Translations under genes and position numbers: made by a program | Shown: one piece after another, positions 17,933 through 27,040 of the stretch | Layout: the number at the start of each line of letters is the position of its first letter | Position numbering within the stretch: position 1 is the stretch's first letter | The notes under the pieces: model-generated | What the model was told of the DNA's origin: nothing | The model's database searches: none | The model's input: the letters and a program-made list of their open reading frames with translations, nothing else | DNA from: a virus | Lineage: Duplodnaviria > Caudoviricetes | Length of the DNA stretch: 64,000 nt | Virus record (IMG/VR): IMGVR_UViG_3300017648_000198 | Coordinates: 1,732-65,731 of that record | Reading direction: 5' to 3' (one strand)

Positions 17933-18991
17933 ATCGGACATTTCCAACGAGTTTCATACGACATCCAAACGGAACAATCACGTACACTAGCGGACGAAAT
18001 CCGCGATAACTTCCGCGCTATGCTTGACGAATGGTATAGCCGGCCGGAAACGTACGACAACGAATTGGACGCGCAGATTCATAAGTGGTATTACGACGTA
18101 CTATCCGATAAACGCCGCGCTGTATGGCCGCCGCGTAATATGCCGTATTTCTCGCCATCGTCCGCTAACTCCGATCCGCGCGAGCTTTACGAAAAAGTCC
18201 GCGGCGCTAAACGTGAGCGTACCGGACAACCTCCGCATCAAGGGCGTTGGCAGGCGGTCGGCACAGCGATTGGGGATACGATTCAGCGCGCGTTACTATT
18301 CGTAGAAAAACACTTACCGGGCGCACGATTCCGCTTCGAACGTAACGACCGTAACGAGCCGATGTTCGAGGACTTCGCGAAGGTCAGCCGCGAGATAACG
18401 GTCGGCAGCCGTAAGTTCGCGTTATATGGAACGTGCGACGGTATCCTGCGATACGTGAGCGAAGCCGGCGAAATAATCCGCGTCGGACTCGAAGTTAAAT
18501 CGAAGCAGGGAACGTATTCCAAAACGTCGGCGTACGAGCATCGTAATGGACCGCAAGAGGATCACGCGCAGCAGACGATTAGCTATTCGGTAATGTACGA
18601 TAAGCCGGGCGAGCCTATCGATTATTACGTTATCCTCTACGTAAACGGATCGAAGAAAGCGTGGAATATGACGCCGGAAGAATACGAGAAGAATCCGGAT
18701 ATCGCCGTACATTGTATCGAGATAACGGACGAAATGAGACGCGCGCAGATGATCCATTTCGCTAGTATCGTAGAGTCTGTCGAAAAAGGAACGCCGCCGC
18801 CGCTCGACTTATCGAAATGGACGTTTAACAATTTGAAGCAGGCGTGCGCAACTTCGTTATCTGACGATGAAATGGCGGCACTCGAACGGCAAGTCGACGT
18901 GGTTAAACGTAGTGGATTAAAGGATTCGCAGAAGCAGGCGTATGTGTCTGCGCTAGGCGAAATCAAACAATTACGAGAGGCGGCGGTTTAA
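17933..18991 (+). CDS. PD-(D/E)XK exonuclease-like protein; probable ATC start
   Basis: SPSS, G.AIG, GTCDGIL, GLEVKSK, Q..SY motifs; SD 9 nt before ATC 17933 and none before ATG 18020. Confidence 0.75.
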   Translation: MGHFQRVSYDIQTEQSRTLADEIRDNFRAMLDEWYSRPETYDNELDAQIHKWYYDVLSDKRRAVWPPRNMPYFSPSSANSDPRELYEKVRGAKRERTGQPPHQGRWQAVGTAIGDTIQRALLFVEKHLPGARFRFERNDRNEPMFEDFAKVSREITVGSRKFALYGTCDGILRYVSEAGEIIRVGLEVKSKQGTYSKTSAYEHRNGPQEDHAQQTISYSVMYDKPGEPIDYYVILYVNGSKKAWNMTPEEYEKNPDIAVHCIEITDEMRRAQMIHFASIVESVEKGTPPPLDLSKWTFNNLKQACATSLSDDEMAALERQVDVVKRSGLKDSQKQAYVSALGEIKQLREAAV

Positions 18992-19212
18992 TGAATATTA
19001 CGAAGAATGAGGACGGGACATTTACGTTATCCGACGTATCTCGTCCACAGCTTACGAGAATTGCGCTTTCTATCGGAATAGTAACTCCGTTACAACTACG
19101 AGAAGAAGCGAAAAATTACGTAAAGGTAACGGATGAAATTGCGGATGCTACCACGGACTGGGGTGACGAGTATGACGAAATGCTATACGCGTTAGGCATC
19201 GACGTATGGTGA
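18991..19212 (+). CDS. Hypothetical protein
   Basis: SD GAGG; operon context. Confidence 0.6.
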   Translation: MNITKNEDGTFTLSDVSRPQLTRIALSIGIVTPLQLREEAKNYVKVTDEIADATTDWGDEYDEMLYALGIDVW

Positions 19213-19231
19213 CGAAGGGAGGCGCCCGCCA

Positions 19232-19306
19232 ATGATAACGAAATTTGACCGATTACTTGACGGAATCCTATCGAAATTACTACGTACACGTTACGTATCA
19301 TGCTAA
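19232..19306 (+). CDS. 24-aa hypothetical peptide
   Basis: SD GGGAGG; MITKFDRLLDGILSKLLRTRYVSC. Confidence 0.4.
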   Translation: MITKFDRLLDGILSKLLRTRYVSC

Positions 19307-19318
19307 GGAGGCGGACGG

Positions 19319-19543
19319 ATGAAATGGTTAAAACATATCGTAGCCGCGTTAATGATGACGCTAAGTGTTGCGTTAGGCATCGAGTGGATCACGCTAATTA
19401 TTCGTAGCTTATACGAAACATTGACGACTAGTGTTGTCGCTGCGGTAATTTACGGTGCATTATTCCTATTCTTATTATACGTTACGATCACCGTCGAACT
19501 AGAAGGAGGCGGAGAAAATAACGAAAACACTACGCAAGAATAA
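19319..19543 (+). CDS. Small membrane protein (2 TM)
   Basis: SD AAGGAGG; two hydrophobic segments. Confidence 0.65.
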   Translation: MKWLKHIVAALMMTLSVALGIEWITLIIRSLYETLTTSVVAAVIYGALFLFLLYVTITVELEGGGENNENTTQE

Positions 19544-20051
19544 GCCGCCAGCCGACCGCTATCTAATCTACGATATATCGTTAACCTCGCCGGGCTTCGC
19601 GGCAATCGACGTAGCCGACCGGAAGCCCTCGTTAATTACGTCGTCGCACATCAAGACCGACGCAAGTCAGCCGGACGGACAGCGTTATGCCATTATCGAG
19701 GCATTTGCGATTACGACGGCAAGCGTCTATGCTACCGCCAATACGACCGTTATCCGCGAGGACTATAAGAATCCGAAGCAGAAGCGGCAGGGGCAGACGA
19801 TATTTGGCGCATGGGCGGCGGTCGACAGCGGCTTGCAGCGGTGCGGACTTACGGTGACGGCCGAAGTTAACGCAAGCACCGTTAAGCGCGTCGTCGGCGG
19901 GCACGGCAAAGCGGATAAAGACGAAGTGGCTGCGGGCGTGCGGCGAATACTTGGACTACCGGATGGCTTCGTATTTGCGACCGATGACGAATCCGATAGC
20001 GTAGCGATTGGCTTAACGTACCTTATCGAAAAGGGGCTGATTGACGTATGA
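19518..20051 (+). CDS. ruvC: RuvC-like Holliday junction resolvase; ATA start
   Basis: Frame is open from ATA 19518; YLIYDISLTSPGFA, VIRED, VKRVVGGHGKADKDEV, DDESDSVAIG; the first NTG (19833) lies after two catalytic motifs. Confidence 0.85.
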   Translation: MTKTLRKNKPPADRYLIYDISLTSPGFAAIDVADRKPSLITSSHIKTDASQPDGQRYAIIEAFAITTASVYATANTTVIREDYKNPKQKRQGQTIFGAWAAVDSGLQRCGLTVTAEVNASTVKRVVGGHGKADKDEVAAGVRRILGLPDGFVFATDDESDSVAIGLTYLIEKGLIDV

Positions 20052-20224
20052 AATATCTAGCGTATGTATGTGAGGGCTGCGGCTGTAGGTTCGCGGTCGA
20101 TGCGTTTACCTCTCCGGCTTCTGACGTATCTTGTCCGAATTGCGGAGACGATTATGATGTTACGGAGACTGGCGAAGGAATCGAATCCCCTAATTTCGTT
20201 CCGATTGGGGCGATGAGCGAATGA
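20048..20224 (+). CDS. 58-aa zinc-ribbon protein
   Basis: CEGC...CPNC; overlaps neighbours. Confidence 0.55.
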   Translation: MKYLAYVCEGCGCRFAVDAFTSPASDVSCPNCGDDYDVTETGEGIESPNFVPIGAMSE

Positions 20225-20538
20225 ACATTCCATCAACGGTAAAAGTGGGCGGAAAAGTATACACGGTCAAGTGTGTACCCCATCCGGTAGTCGTAGGTGG
20301 CCGCGAGTGTTACGGAAGCATCGATTATAACGAACAGATTATATCGATTTGCACCAACGGTAATTCCGCACAGCAACAGTTCAATACGTTCCTACACGAA
20401 TTAGTTCACGCTATTTCATACGAGCGTATGATTGATTGGGGCGATAAGGACGAAGAATACACGGAATCACTGGCGAAGGGGCTACACGCCTTAATCGTAG
20501 ACAACAACGTTACGATGAGCGGAGCATCAACGCCATGA
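20221..20538 (+). CDS. HEXXH zinc metallopeptidase-like protein (ImmA/IrrE-like fold)
   Basis: YGSIDY...I.I ... TFLHELVHAI ... E. Confidence 0.65.
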   Translation: MNIPSTVKVGGKVYTVKCVPHPVVVGGRECYGSIDYNEQIISICTNGNSAQQQFNTFLHELVHAISYERMIDWGDKDEEYTESLAKGLHALIVDNNVTMSGASTP

Positions 20539-20774
20539 CCGTTCCGCTCACAAACCGCAGATATTACGCACTTTTACGAGAGCGCGACGAATTAACGTAT
20601 CAGATCGGTATATGGCAGGGATTCATCGATAAACGTAACGCGCGGCTGGCGGAAATCGACCGTCAGCTTGCGGAATACGAAACGAAGGGGCGCGATGTAA
20701 TTGTTAACACAAGCGAAAAAACTACAGTTAGTTACGAAGCATTGTCCGAAGTTTGCGGAGCCGGCGAAAAGTAG
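20535..20774 (+). CDS. Hypothetical coiled-coil protein
   Basis: Operon context. Confidence 0.45.
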   Translation: MTVPLTNRRYYALLRERDELTYQIGIWQGFIDKRNARLAEIDRQLAEYETKGRDVIVNTSEKTTVSYEALSEVCGAGEK

Positions 20775-21339
20775 CAGTGTGCTTCGTGGGGTTAAGTATG
20801 AGGCGGACGGTTCCGTTGTCGTAACGGATCGACACCGATTGCTACGAATTGCCGACGCTCACAGCTTCGCAGAGCCTTTCGTTGCCGACGCGAAAACGGG
20901 CGCTTTAATTGAGGGCACGTATCCGGATACGTCACGCATTATTCCGAGCGAAGCCGGTACAACAGATATTATGATAATCGGTACGGACATTAAGGCGCTA
21001 TTACAAGGTGTAAAACTAGCGGTAGGTGCGGCGAAACTTGCGGGAGTTCCTACGAAATTGATTACGCTACAGATAGTCGGAGGCACCTACGAAATCAAAG
21101 CGCAATACAACGATAATAGTGTTGACTTACGTTTACGTGGCGAAGGTGTGGCGGCCGGTGAGGATTTGACGGTTTCGTGCAATGCCGAATATCTACTAGA
21201 CGCAATCAACGTATTTGTTGACGCAGGCACGTCGAAGTTAACGATAGATTTCTATGGAAAAACGCATCCGATTATTCTCCGCGACAAACAAAACGGAATC
21301 GAGGCGGTCGTACTACCGTACCGCGTGTCCGCCGAATGA
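20701..21339 (+). CDS. DNA polymerase III beta-clamp-like protein (two domains)
   Basis: VVTDRHRL, EGTYPDTSRIIP, NAEYLLDAI, PIIL, VVLPYR. Confidence 0.75.
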   Translation: MLTQAKKLQLVTKHCPKFAEPAKSSSVLRGVKYEADGSVVVTDRHRLLRIADAHSFAEPFVADAKTGALIEGTYPDTSRIIPSEAGTTDIMIIGTDIKALLQGVKLAVGAAKLAGVPTKLITLQIVGGTYEIKAQYNDNSVDLRLRGEGVAAGEDLTVSCNAEYLLDAINVFVDAGTSKLTIDFYGKTHPIILRDKQNGIEAVVLPYRVSAE

Positions 21340-21707
21340 TTATCGCATATTACTCGCTGACCGGTAACGTCCGGCGGTTCGTCGGCAAACTCGGTCGGGC
21401 ATCTTCGCTGTATACGATTAAGCCGGGGATTGGCACGGTGTTGACGGAGCCGTTCGTGCTGATAACACCTACGACCGGCTTCGGACAAGTGCCGGCGACC
21501 GTTGCGGAGTTTCTTACGAATAATTCCGATATGCTCCGCGGCGTGGTTGCGAGCGGCAACGTCAACTGGGGCGCAAACTTCGGTAAGGCTGGTCGGATTA
21601 TATCGGAACAATACGCCGTGCCGCTGATCCATACGTTCGAGCTGTCGGGTACGGACGTGGACGTACGGATCGTTAACGAATATATCGAAGGGATGGCGAT
21701 TGAGTGA
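21336..21707 (+). CDS. nrdI: Class Ib RNR flavodoxin
   Basis: YYSLTGNVRRF, TPTTGFGQVP, GVVASGNVNWG..FGKAG, FELSG. Confidence 0.95.
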   Translation: MIIAYYSLTGNVRRFVGKLGRASSLYTIKPGIGTVLTEPFVLITPTTGFGQVPATVAEFLTNNSDMLRGVVASGNVNWGANFGKAGRIISEQYAVPLIHTFELSGTDVDVRIVNEYIEGMAIE

Positions 21708-22459
21708 CGAAACAATTACTCGGAAGTCTCGAATTAAACCGTATTTATCAGCAAGACTGTATCGAGGGGATGCGGGCGATTCCGGACGGAAGTATCGATA
21801 TGATATTGTGCGATTTGCCGTACGGGACGACCGCTTGTAAGTGGGATACGATAATTCCGTTTGAACCGTTGTGGGAACAATATGAGCGTATTATAAAGGG
21901 TGACGGGGCGATTGTGTTAACCGCTAGCCAGCCGTTTACATCTGCGCTTGTGATGAGCAATCCTAAATTGTTTCGTTACGAGTGGATATGGGACAAAAAG
22001 ATACCTAGCGGCATGAGTTACGCAAGATTTCAACCTATGCGACAGCATGAAGTTGTTCTCGTGTTTAGTAAAGGGCGTGTTACTTATAATCCGCAAATGA
22101 TTAAACGAGATAAACCAATAAAGGCTGGCGGGATGAAACCTAGTGATAGCGCTGCTACAAATGGATATACGGCACTAAAGAAAACGTACGATTACAAGAA
22201 TCCTACAACTTTACTTCAATTTGATAAGGTACGTAAAGGGAGTGTACATCCCACACAAAAGCCTGTCGACCTATTCCGCTACCTAATCCGCACGTATACG
22301 AATCCTGGCGAAATCGTCCTCGATAATTGTATGGGTTCCGGTACAACGGCGGTCGCGGCAACGATAGAGGGGCGTAGTTGGATCGGATTTGAAACGGAAC
22401 GAGAGTACGTAGAAATCGCCAACAAGCGCCTAGACTCGCTAGAAATTCCGGCAAACTAA
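21704..22459 (+). CDS. N4-C/N6-A DNA methyltransferase (beta class)
   Basis: ILCDLPYG; HPTQKP; VLDNCMGSGTT. Confidence 0.9.
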   Translation: MTKQLLGSLELNRIYQQDCIEGMRAIPDGSIDMILCDLPYGTTACKWDTIIPFEPLWEQYERIIKGDGAIVLTASQPFTSALVMSNPKLFRYEWIWDKKIPSGMSYARFQPMRQHEVVLVFSKGRVTYNPQMIKRDKPIKAGGMKPSDSAATNGYTALKKTYDYKNPTTLLQFDKVRKGSVHPTQKPVDLFRYLIRTYTNPGEIVLDNCMGSGTTAVAATIEGRSWIGFETEREYVEIANKRLDSLEIPAN

Positions 22460-22477
22460 CGAAAAGGAGACGATAAG

Positions 22478-23194
22478 TTGACGAAAACAAACGTATCACA
22501 CATCGAACTTAATAACGAAATTATGACGCGAGGGGCGGACGGGTGGTATCAACTCGATAAGGACCGCGAGGCCGTCGACGTATTCTTGGCGGAAGTGTCC
22601 GCTAAGAGCCGCAAGTTTCCGTCGCAGGCCGCCCGTTATCGTTGGCTTATCGACAACGGGTATTACGACGACATGCTGACGTTATATGGCGAGGCGGCGG
22701 TCGAGCGCGTCGTTGCCGTATGTAATTCGTACGGCTTCCGATTTGCTTCGTACATGGCGGCGTCTAAGTTTTACAAGGACTATGCGCTAAAGACGGACGA
22801 TAAAACGGAGTATCTCGAATCGTATGCGGAACACGTCGCGCAAGTGGCGTTATATATCGGACAAGGTGACGAAGAGGCAGCAGAAAGGTTCGCACGATCA
22901 ATGATGGAACAGCGACTACAGCCGGCTACTCCAACGTTTATGAACGCTGGCCGAGCGAAACGTGGCGAAATGGTATCGTGCTTCTTGCTCGAAATGGACG
23001 ATGCGTTAAATTCGATTAACTACGTGCTTAGCACCTGTATGCAGTTATCGAAAATAGGCGGAGGCGTGGCGGTCAATTTATCGAAGCTACGCGGGCGCGG
23101 CGCTCCGATTAAAGGCGTTGAAGGCGCGGCTAAAGGCGTTATGCCCGTTATGAAGCTGATGGAGGACGCGTTCTCGTACGCCGATCAAATGGGT
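22478..23194 (+). CDS. nrdE: Ribonucleotide reductase class Ib alpha subunit, exon 1
   Basis: QPATPTF.NAGR...VSCFL...SKIGGGVAVNLSKLR...YADQMG. Confidence 0.92.
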
Positions 23195-24109
23195 TAATAT
23201 TGGCCCCTTCCGTTGGTAACAGCGGTCGAAAACCTCTCTAATTCATGGAAAACCCAAGGAGGGCAATCATGAGCGAAGCAAGACAAATATGGAATAAGGC
23301 CGATATTGATGAAACATTTATTCGCGATAATTACGATAAAATGAGCGCAAGGCAAATAGGCGAGATATTAGGGGTATCTCGTGAGTTAATCAATCACAGA
23401 GTAAGGGCGTTGGGATTACGTAAAACAAAGATACCGTACACGCCACTAGACGGTGAAGTGCTTGCTTCCATAAAAGGAATAAGTGAGTACGCAGTCTCTA
23501 ATAAGAGCAGAGTAGTTAATCTTAAAGAGATGACGCTAGTAAAGCCTAAGATTGATCGGGAAGGATATTGGAAAGTGACACTATTTACTGATGGAAAACG
23601 TTTAGAACGACGTTTACATCGAATAGTAGCAGAGGCATTTATTCCCAATCCACTAAACTTACCATTCGTCAATCATATCGACGGAGATAAAACAAATGCT
23701 GAAATTACTAACCTAGAGTGGGTGACTCCTAAAGGCAACGCAGAACATGCCGCGGAATTAGGGCTGTTAGCAAGAGGTGAAAGCTCCCCAAAAGCTAAGA
23801 TAACAGAGACACAAGCTATGAGTATTCTCGCTGACGCTCTTAGTGGTCTTAGCACACAGCAATTACTACAGCGGCACCCCTATGCCACTAAATCAATTAT
23901 TACCAAAATCGCGAATAGATCTCGATGGAAGCACTTATCCTGTACGTCTTGAACGTGCAACGACTAGGCGACAGCCGTAGGACGCAAGCGATTGGCGTTC
24001 GAAATGGGAGGGGTCCTGTTTTACAGGATCGTGATATAGTCTGCTCTACATGGGAACATGTAGCTGCCGTATGGCGGCATGAGTGTAGCGAACTCATGTG
24101 AACACAACG
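23195..24109 (+). mobile_element. Group I intron 1 in nrdE
   Basis: Splicing GGT|...G|CAA restores DQMGQRKGSGAAY; P1 with U.G wobble; P4 TTCATG/CATGAG; GACTAG/ATAGTC P7-like pair. Confidence 0.9.
23269..23952 (+). CDS. Intron-encoded NUMOD4-HNH homing endonuclease
   Basis: YAVSNKSRV; LHRIVAEAFIPNP.NLPFVNHIDGDKTN...NLEWVT..N. Confidence 0.9.
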   Translation: MSEARQIWNKADIDETFIRDNYDKMSARQIGEILGVSRELINHRVRALGLRKTKIPYTPLDGEVLASIKGISEYAVSNKSRVVNLKEMTLVKPKIDREGYWKVTLFTDGKRLERRLHRIVAEAFIPNPLNLPFVNHIDGDKTNAEITNLEWVTPKGNAEHAAELGLLARGESSPKAKITETQAMSILADALSGLSTQQLLQRHPYATKSIITKIANRSRWKHLSCTS

Positions 24110-24535
24110 CAAAGAAAGGGAAGCGGCGCGGCTTACTACAATATCTTCGGATGGGACGTTATCGAGTTCTTAGATTCGAAGAAAATCAACGCAGATGAAA
24201 AGTCACGCATCAAAACGCTATCTATCGGTCTAATCGTACCGGACAAGTTTTACGAATTGGCACGCGACAACAAAGCGTTATACGTATTCGAGCCGTATTC
24301 CGTGTACAAAGCGTATGGAACGCATATGGACGATATGAGTATGACGGATATGTACGACGCGTTGCTACAGAATCCCAACGTAATCAAGCGCCGCGTTATG
24401 TCAGCCCGCGATATGTTAACGAAGATTGCGACGATTCAACTTGAATCCGGCTACCCGTACATTGCGAATATCGATAACGCAAACCGGCAACACGCAAACG
24501 GAGCGCTCGGCCGCGTAAAAATGTCGAACCTGTGT
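24110..24535 (+). CDS. nrdE: nrdE exon 2
   Basis: QRKGSGAAY...KTLSIG...ESGYPYI...KMSNLC. Confidence 0.9.
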
Positions 24536-25384
24536 GGATAGCGCACCTATACGGAGCAATCCGTATCAGCAAACCCGTCTAAACGGGGGAAGCCTCTCGT
24601 AGGTAATCCCGTGCTAAAAGTTGCGTATCTCCTTATAAAAAGGAGGAGATAAAATGTACAGCGTGTACGAAATAAAGTGTCAACCAATTGGAAGGTCTTA
24701 TTACGGACGGAGCCAAGAGATTGAGAAGCGGTGGCGCTCACATACAAACATGCTGCGAAATAACGAGCACAGTAACACCGCTCTTCAATCAGATTGGAAT
24801 CATTACGGAGAGGATGCTTTTACTTTCACAGTTCTATCGAAGTTTGACGATTTACAAACGTCAATTGACGAAGAACAACGTTTAATAGACGAAAGTAGGG
24901 GCGTTTCTTACAACATAAGTAACGCTACTCCCGGCGGAGATACATTCACATTTAATCCTCGTAAGGAAGAAATACGGGAATTAAAACGTTTATTATCTAG
25001 CGGTTCTAGTAATCCGATGTACGGAAAACCAAAGTCGGAACTAGCAATTCGACGTATTAAAGAAGCTAACTCAAGACCGGTAGAAATTGACGGTAAGAGG
25101 TTTGCAAGTATGTCGGATGCCGCCAAGACGTACGGGGTTTCTGTTTCTACCGTAAGTAACCGTATTGCGTCCAGCAACAATAAATTCGCCAATTGGAGAT
25201 ACGCAACTAATGCCTAACGACTATCGAAACCGACCGATCAAGGTTAAGGGAGTAGAGTAGGGCGCAAGCGATCGGCGCTCGAAACGGTGGGAGTCCTTTA
25301 TGGACTATGATATAGTCTATTCTGCATGGCGACATGCAGCAGCCTATGGCGGTATAGGCGTAGCGAACCTATGCGAATACAAAG
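24536..25384 (+). mobile_element. Group I intron 2 in nrdE
   Basis: Splicing TGT|...G|ACC restores active-site SNLCTEIFQ; 14-bp helix 24619-32/25195-208; GACTA/TAGTC. Confidence 0.9.
24654..25217 (+). CDS. Intron-encoded GIY-YIG homing endonuclease
   Basis: SVYEI...SYYGRS...RW..H...H.N..LQ.DWN.YG..AF; C-terminal NUMOD/HTH-like motifs. Confidence 0.88.
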   Translation: MYSVYEIKCQPIGRSYYGRSQEIEKRWRSHTNMLRNNEHSNTALQSDWNHYGEDAFTFTVLSKFDDLQTSIDEEQRLIDESRGVSYNISNATPGGDTFTFNPRKEEIRELKRLLSSGSSNPMYGKPKSELAIRRIKEANSRPVEIDGKRFASMSDAAKTYGVSVSTVSNRIASSNNKFANWRYATNA

Positions 25385-26389
25385 ACCGAAATTTTCCAGT
25401 TACAGGAAACGTCAACGATTACGGATTATGGCGAACCGGACGTCATTCGTCGAGACATTTCGTGTAACCTCGCATCGCTTAACATTGTTAACGTTATGGA
25501 ATCCGGCAAGTTGCGCGAATCTGTTCACGAAGGTATGGACGCGCTAACGGTCGTAACCGATCAGTCGGCGGTGGCTAATGCGCCCGGCGTCCGTAAAGCT
25601 AACCGCGAGCTACATTCCGTCGGGCTTGGCGTAATGAACCTTAACGGATTCCTCGCGAAGAATAAAATACCGTACGAGTCCGAAGAGGCCCGCGATTTCT
25701 GCCGGACGTTCTTTGCGGCGATGAACTACCACAGTATATTGGCGTCGTCTGTCATTGCGTATGAGAAGGCGAAGACATATAAGGGGCCGCCGGAAGCTAC
25801 GTACTATGAGCGTAGTTCATTCGCAGGGTTTGAGCAGTCGGATTACTATACCGGAGTGTACTTCGACAAGTACATCAACGAAGACTTTACGCCAAGAACC
25901 GAAAAAATACGCGAAGTGTTCGTAAATGCGGGCATCGACGTTCCTGGGAAATCCGATTGGGAATTCCTACGGGCCCAAGTACGTTCCTACGGACTATATC
26001 ACGCGTACCGCCTAGCGATTGCGCCTACGCAAAGTATTTCGTATATCCAAAACGCCACATCGTCCGTTATGCCGATTGTCGAGCATATCGAAACGCGTAC
26101 GTACGCTAACGCCACAACGTTTTATCCAATGCCGTATCTATCGCCGGAAACGCAGTGGGTCTATAAGTCCGCGTATAATATCGATCAATTTAAGCTTATC
26201 GATTTGATTGCGGAGATACAGCCGCATTGCGATCAAGGCATTAGTACGGTGCTTCACGTTAATTCGGACGTCACGACGCGCGACCTAGCGAGGTTGTACG
26301 TATATGCACACCATCGCGGGCTAAAGAGCCTTTACTACACACGTACGAAACGCTTGTCGGTCGAGGAATGTACGAGCTGTGCGGTGTGA
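25385..26389 (+). CDS. nrdE: nrdE exon 3 (spliced NrdE about 715 aa)
   Basis: TEIFQ, SCNLASLN, VGLGVMNL, AIAPTQSISY, DQGIS, KSLYY, CTSCAV. Confidence 0.92.
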   Translation, partial: TEIFQLQETSTITDYGEPDVIRRDISCNLASLNIVNVMESGKLRESVHEGMDALTVVTDQSAVANAPGVRKANRELHSVGLGVMNLNGFLAKNKIPYESEEARDFCRTFFAAMNYHSILASSVIAYEKAKTYKGPPEATYYERSSFAGFEQSDYYTGVYFDKYINEDFTPRTEKIREVFVNAGIDVPGKSDWEFLRAQVRSYGLYHAYRLAIAPTQSISYIQNATSSVMPIVEHIETRTYANATTFYPMPYLSPETQWVYKSAYNIDQFKLIDLIAEIQPHCDQGISTVLHVNSDVTTRDLARLYVYAHHRGLKSLYYTRTKRLSVEECTSCAV

Positions 26390-26429
26390 CGAAGTAGCTT
26401 TATAATGTAGCAGAAAGGAGACGGGAGTA

Positions 26430-26999
26430 TTGAGCACACTAACAGCTTCCTCTATCGCAGGAGGAAATCAAGGTAATAGAGAGGCTAACGACTTCTATCC
26501 AACAGATCCTAGAGCAGTTCACGCCATTTTGTTACGCGAAGAATTGAATGGAACGATATACGAGCCTGCTTGTGGAGATGGCGCGATAAGCGAAGTTATT
26601 AAACAATACTACCCAGATAGTTCCCTATATTCGACCGACTTAATTGATAGAGGTTATGGAGACGAAACTGGGATTAATTTTCTCACACACAGTTACGACA
26701 GGAGATTTGGTACGATCATCACAAATCCCCCTTTTAAGGAAGCCAAAGAGTTTGTTGAAAGAGCTATAGAATTAAGTGATTCCAAAGTAATAATGCTCAT
26801 GCGAATCAACTTCTTAGAAAGCGCCTCAAGGTATAGTTTATTTAAAAGTACGCCTCTTAAGAAAGTCTATGTATTCTCCAAACGTTTGGAAATATACAAA
26901 GGTGGGATTAAAGGGAAAAACAGCGGGATAACTTGCTATTGTTGGTTCGTGTGGGAACACGGATACGATGGTGAGCCGACTATTGATTGGATAATTTAA
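26430..26999 (+). CDS. N6-adenine DNA methyltransferase-like protein
   Basis: DFYPT, EPACGDG, IITNPPF; AT-richer than its neighbours. Confidence 0.8.
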   Translation: MSTLTASSIAGGNQGNREANDFYPTDPRAVHAILLREELNGTIYEPACGDGAISEVIKQYYPDSSLYSTDLIDRGYGDETGINFLTHSYDRRFGTIITNPPFKEAKEFVERAIELSDSKVIMLMRINFLESASRYSLFKSTPLKKVYVFSKRLEIYKGGIKGKNSGITCYCWFVWEHGYDGEPTIDWII

Positions 27000-27040
27000 T
27001 ACACAGCACAACGAAACTATCACGCAAAGGAGCGGATTAC

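Noticed and set aside
23195-25384. nrdE as a pseudogene
   Set aside because: Precise U|...G| splice junctions restore conserved motifs and a ~715-aa frame.
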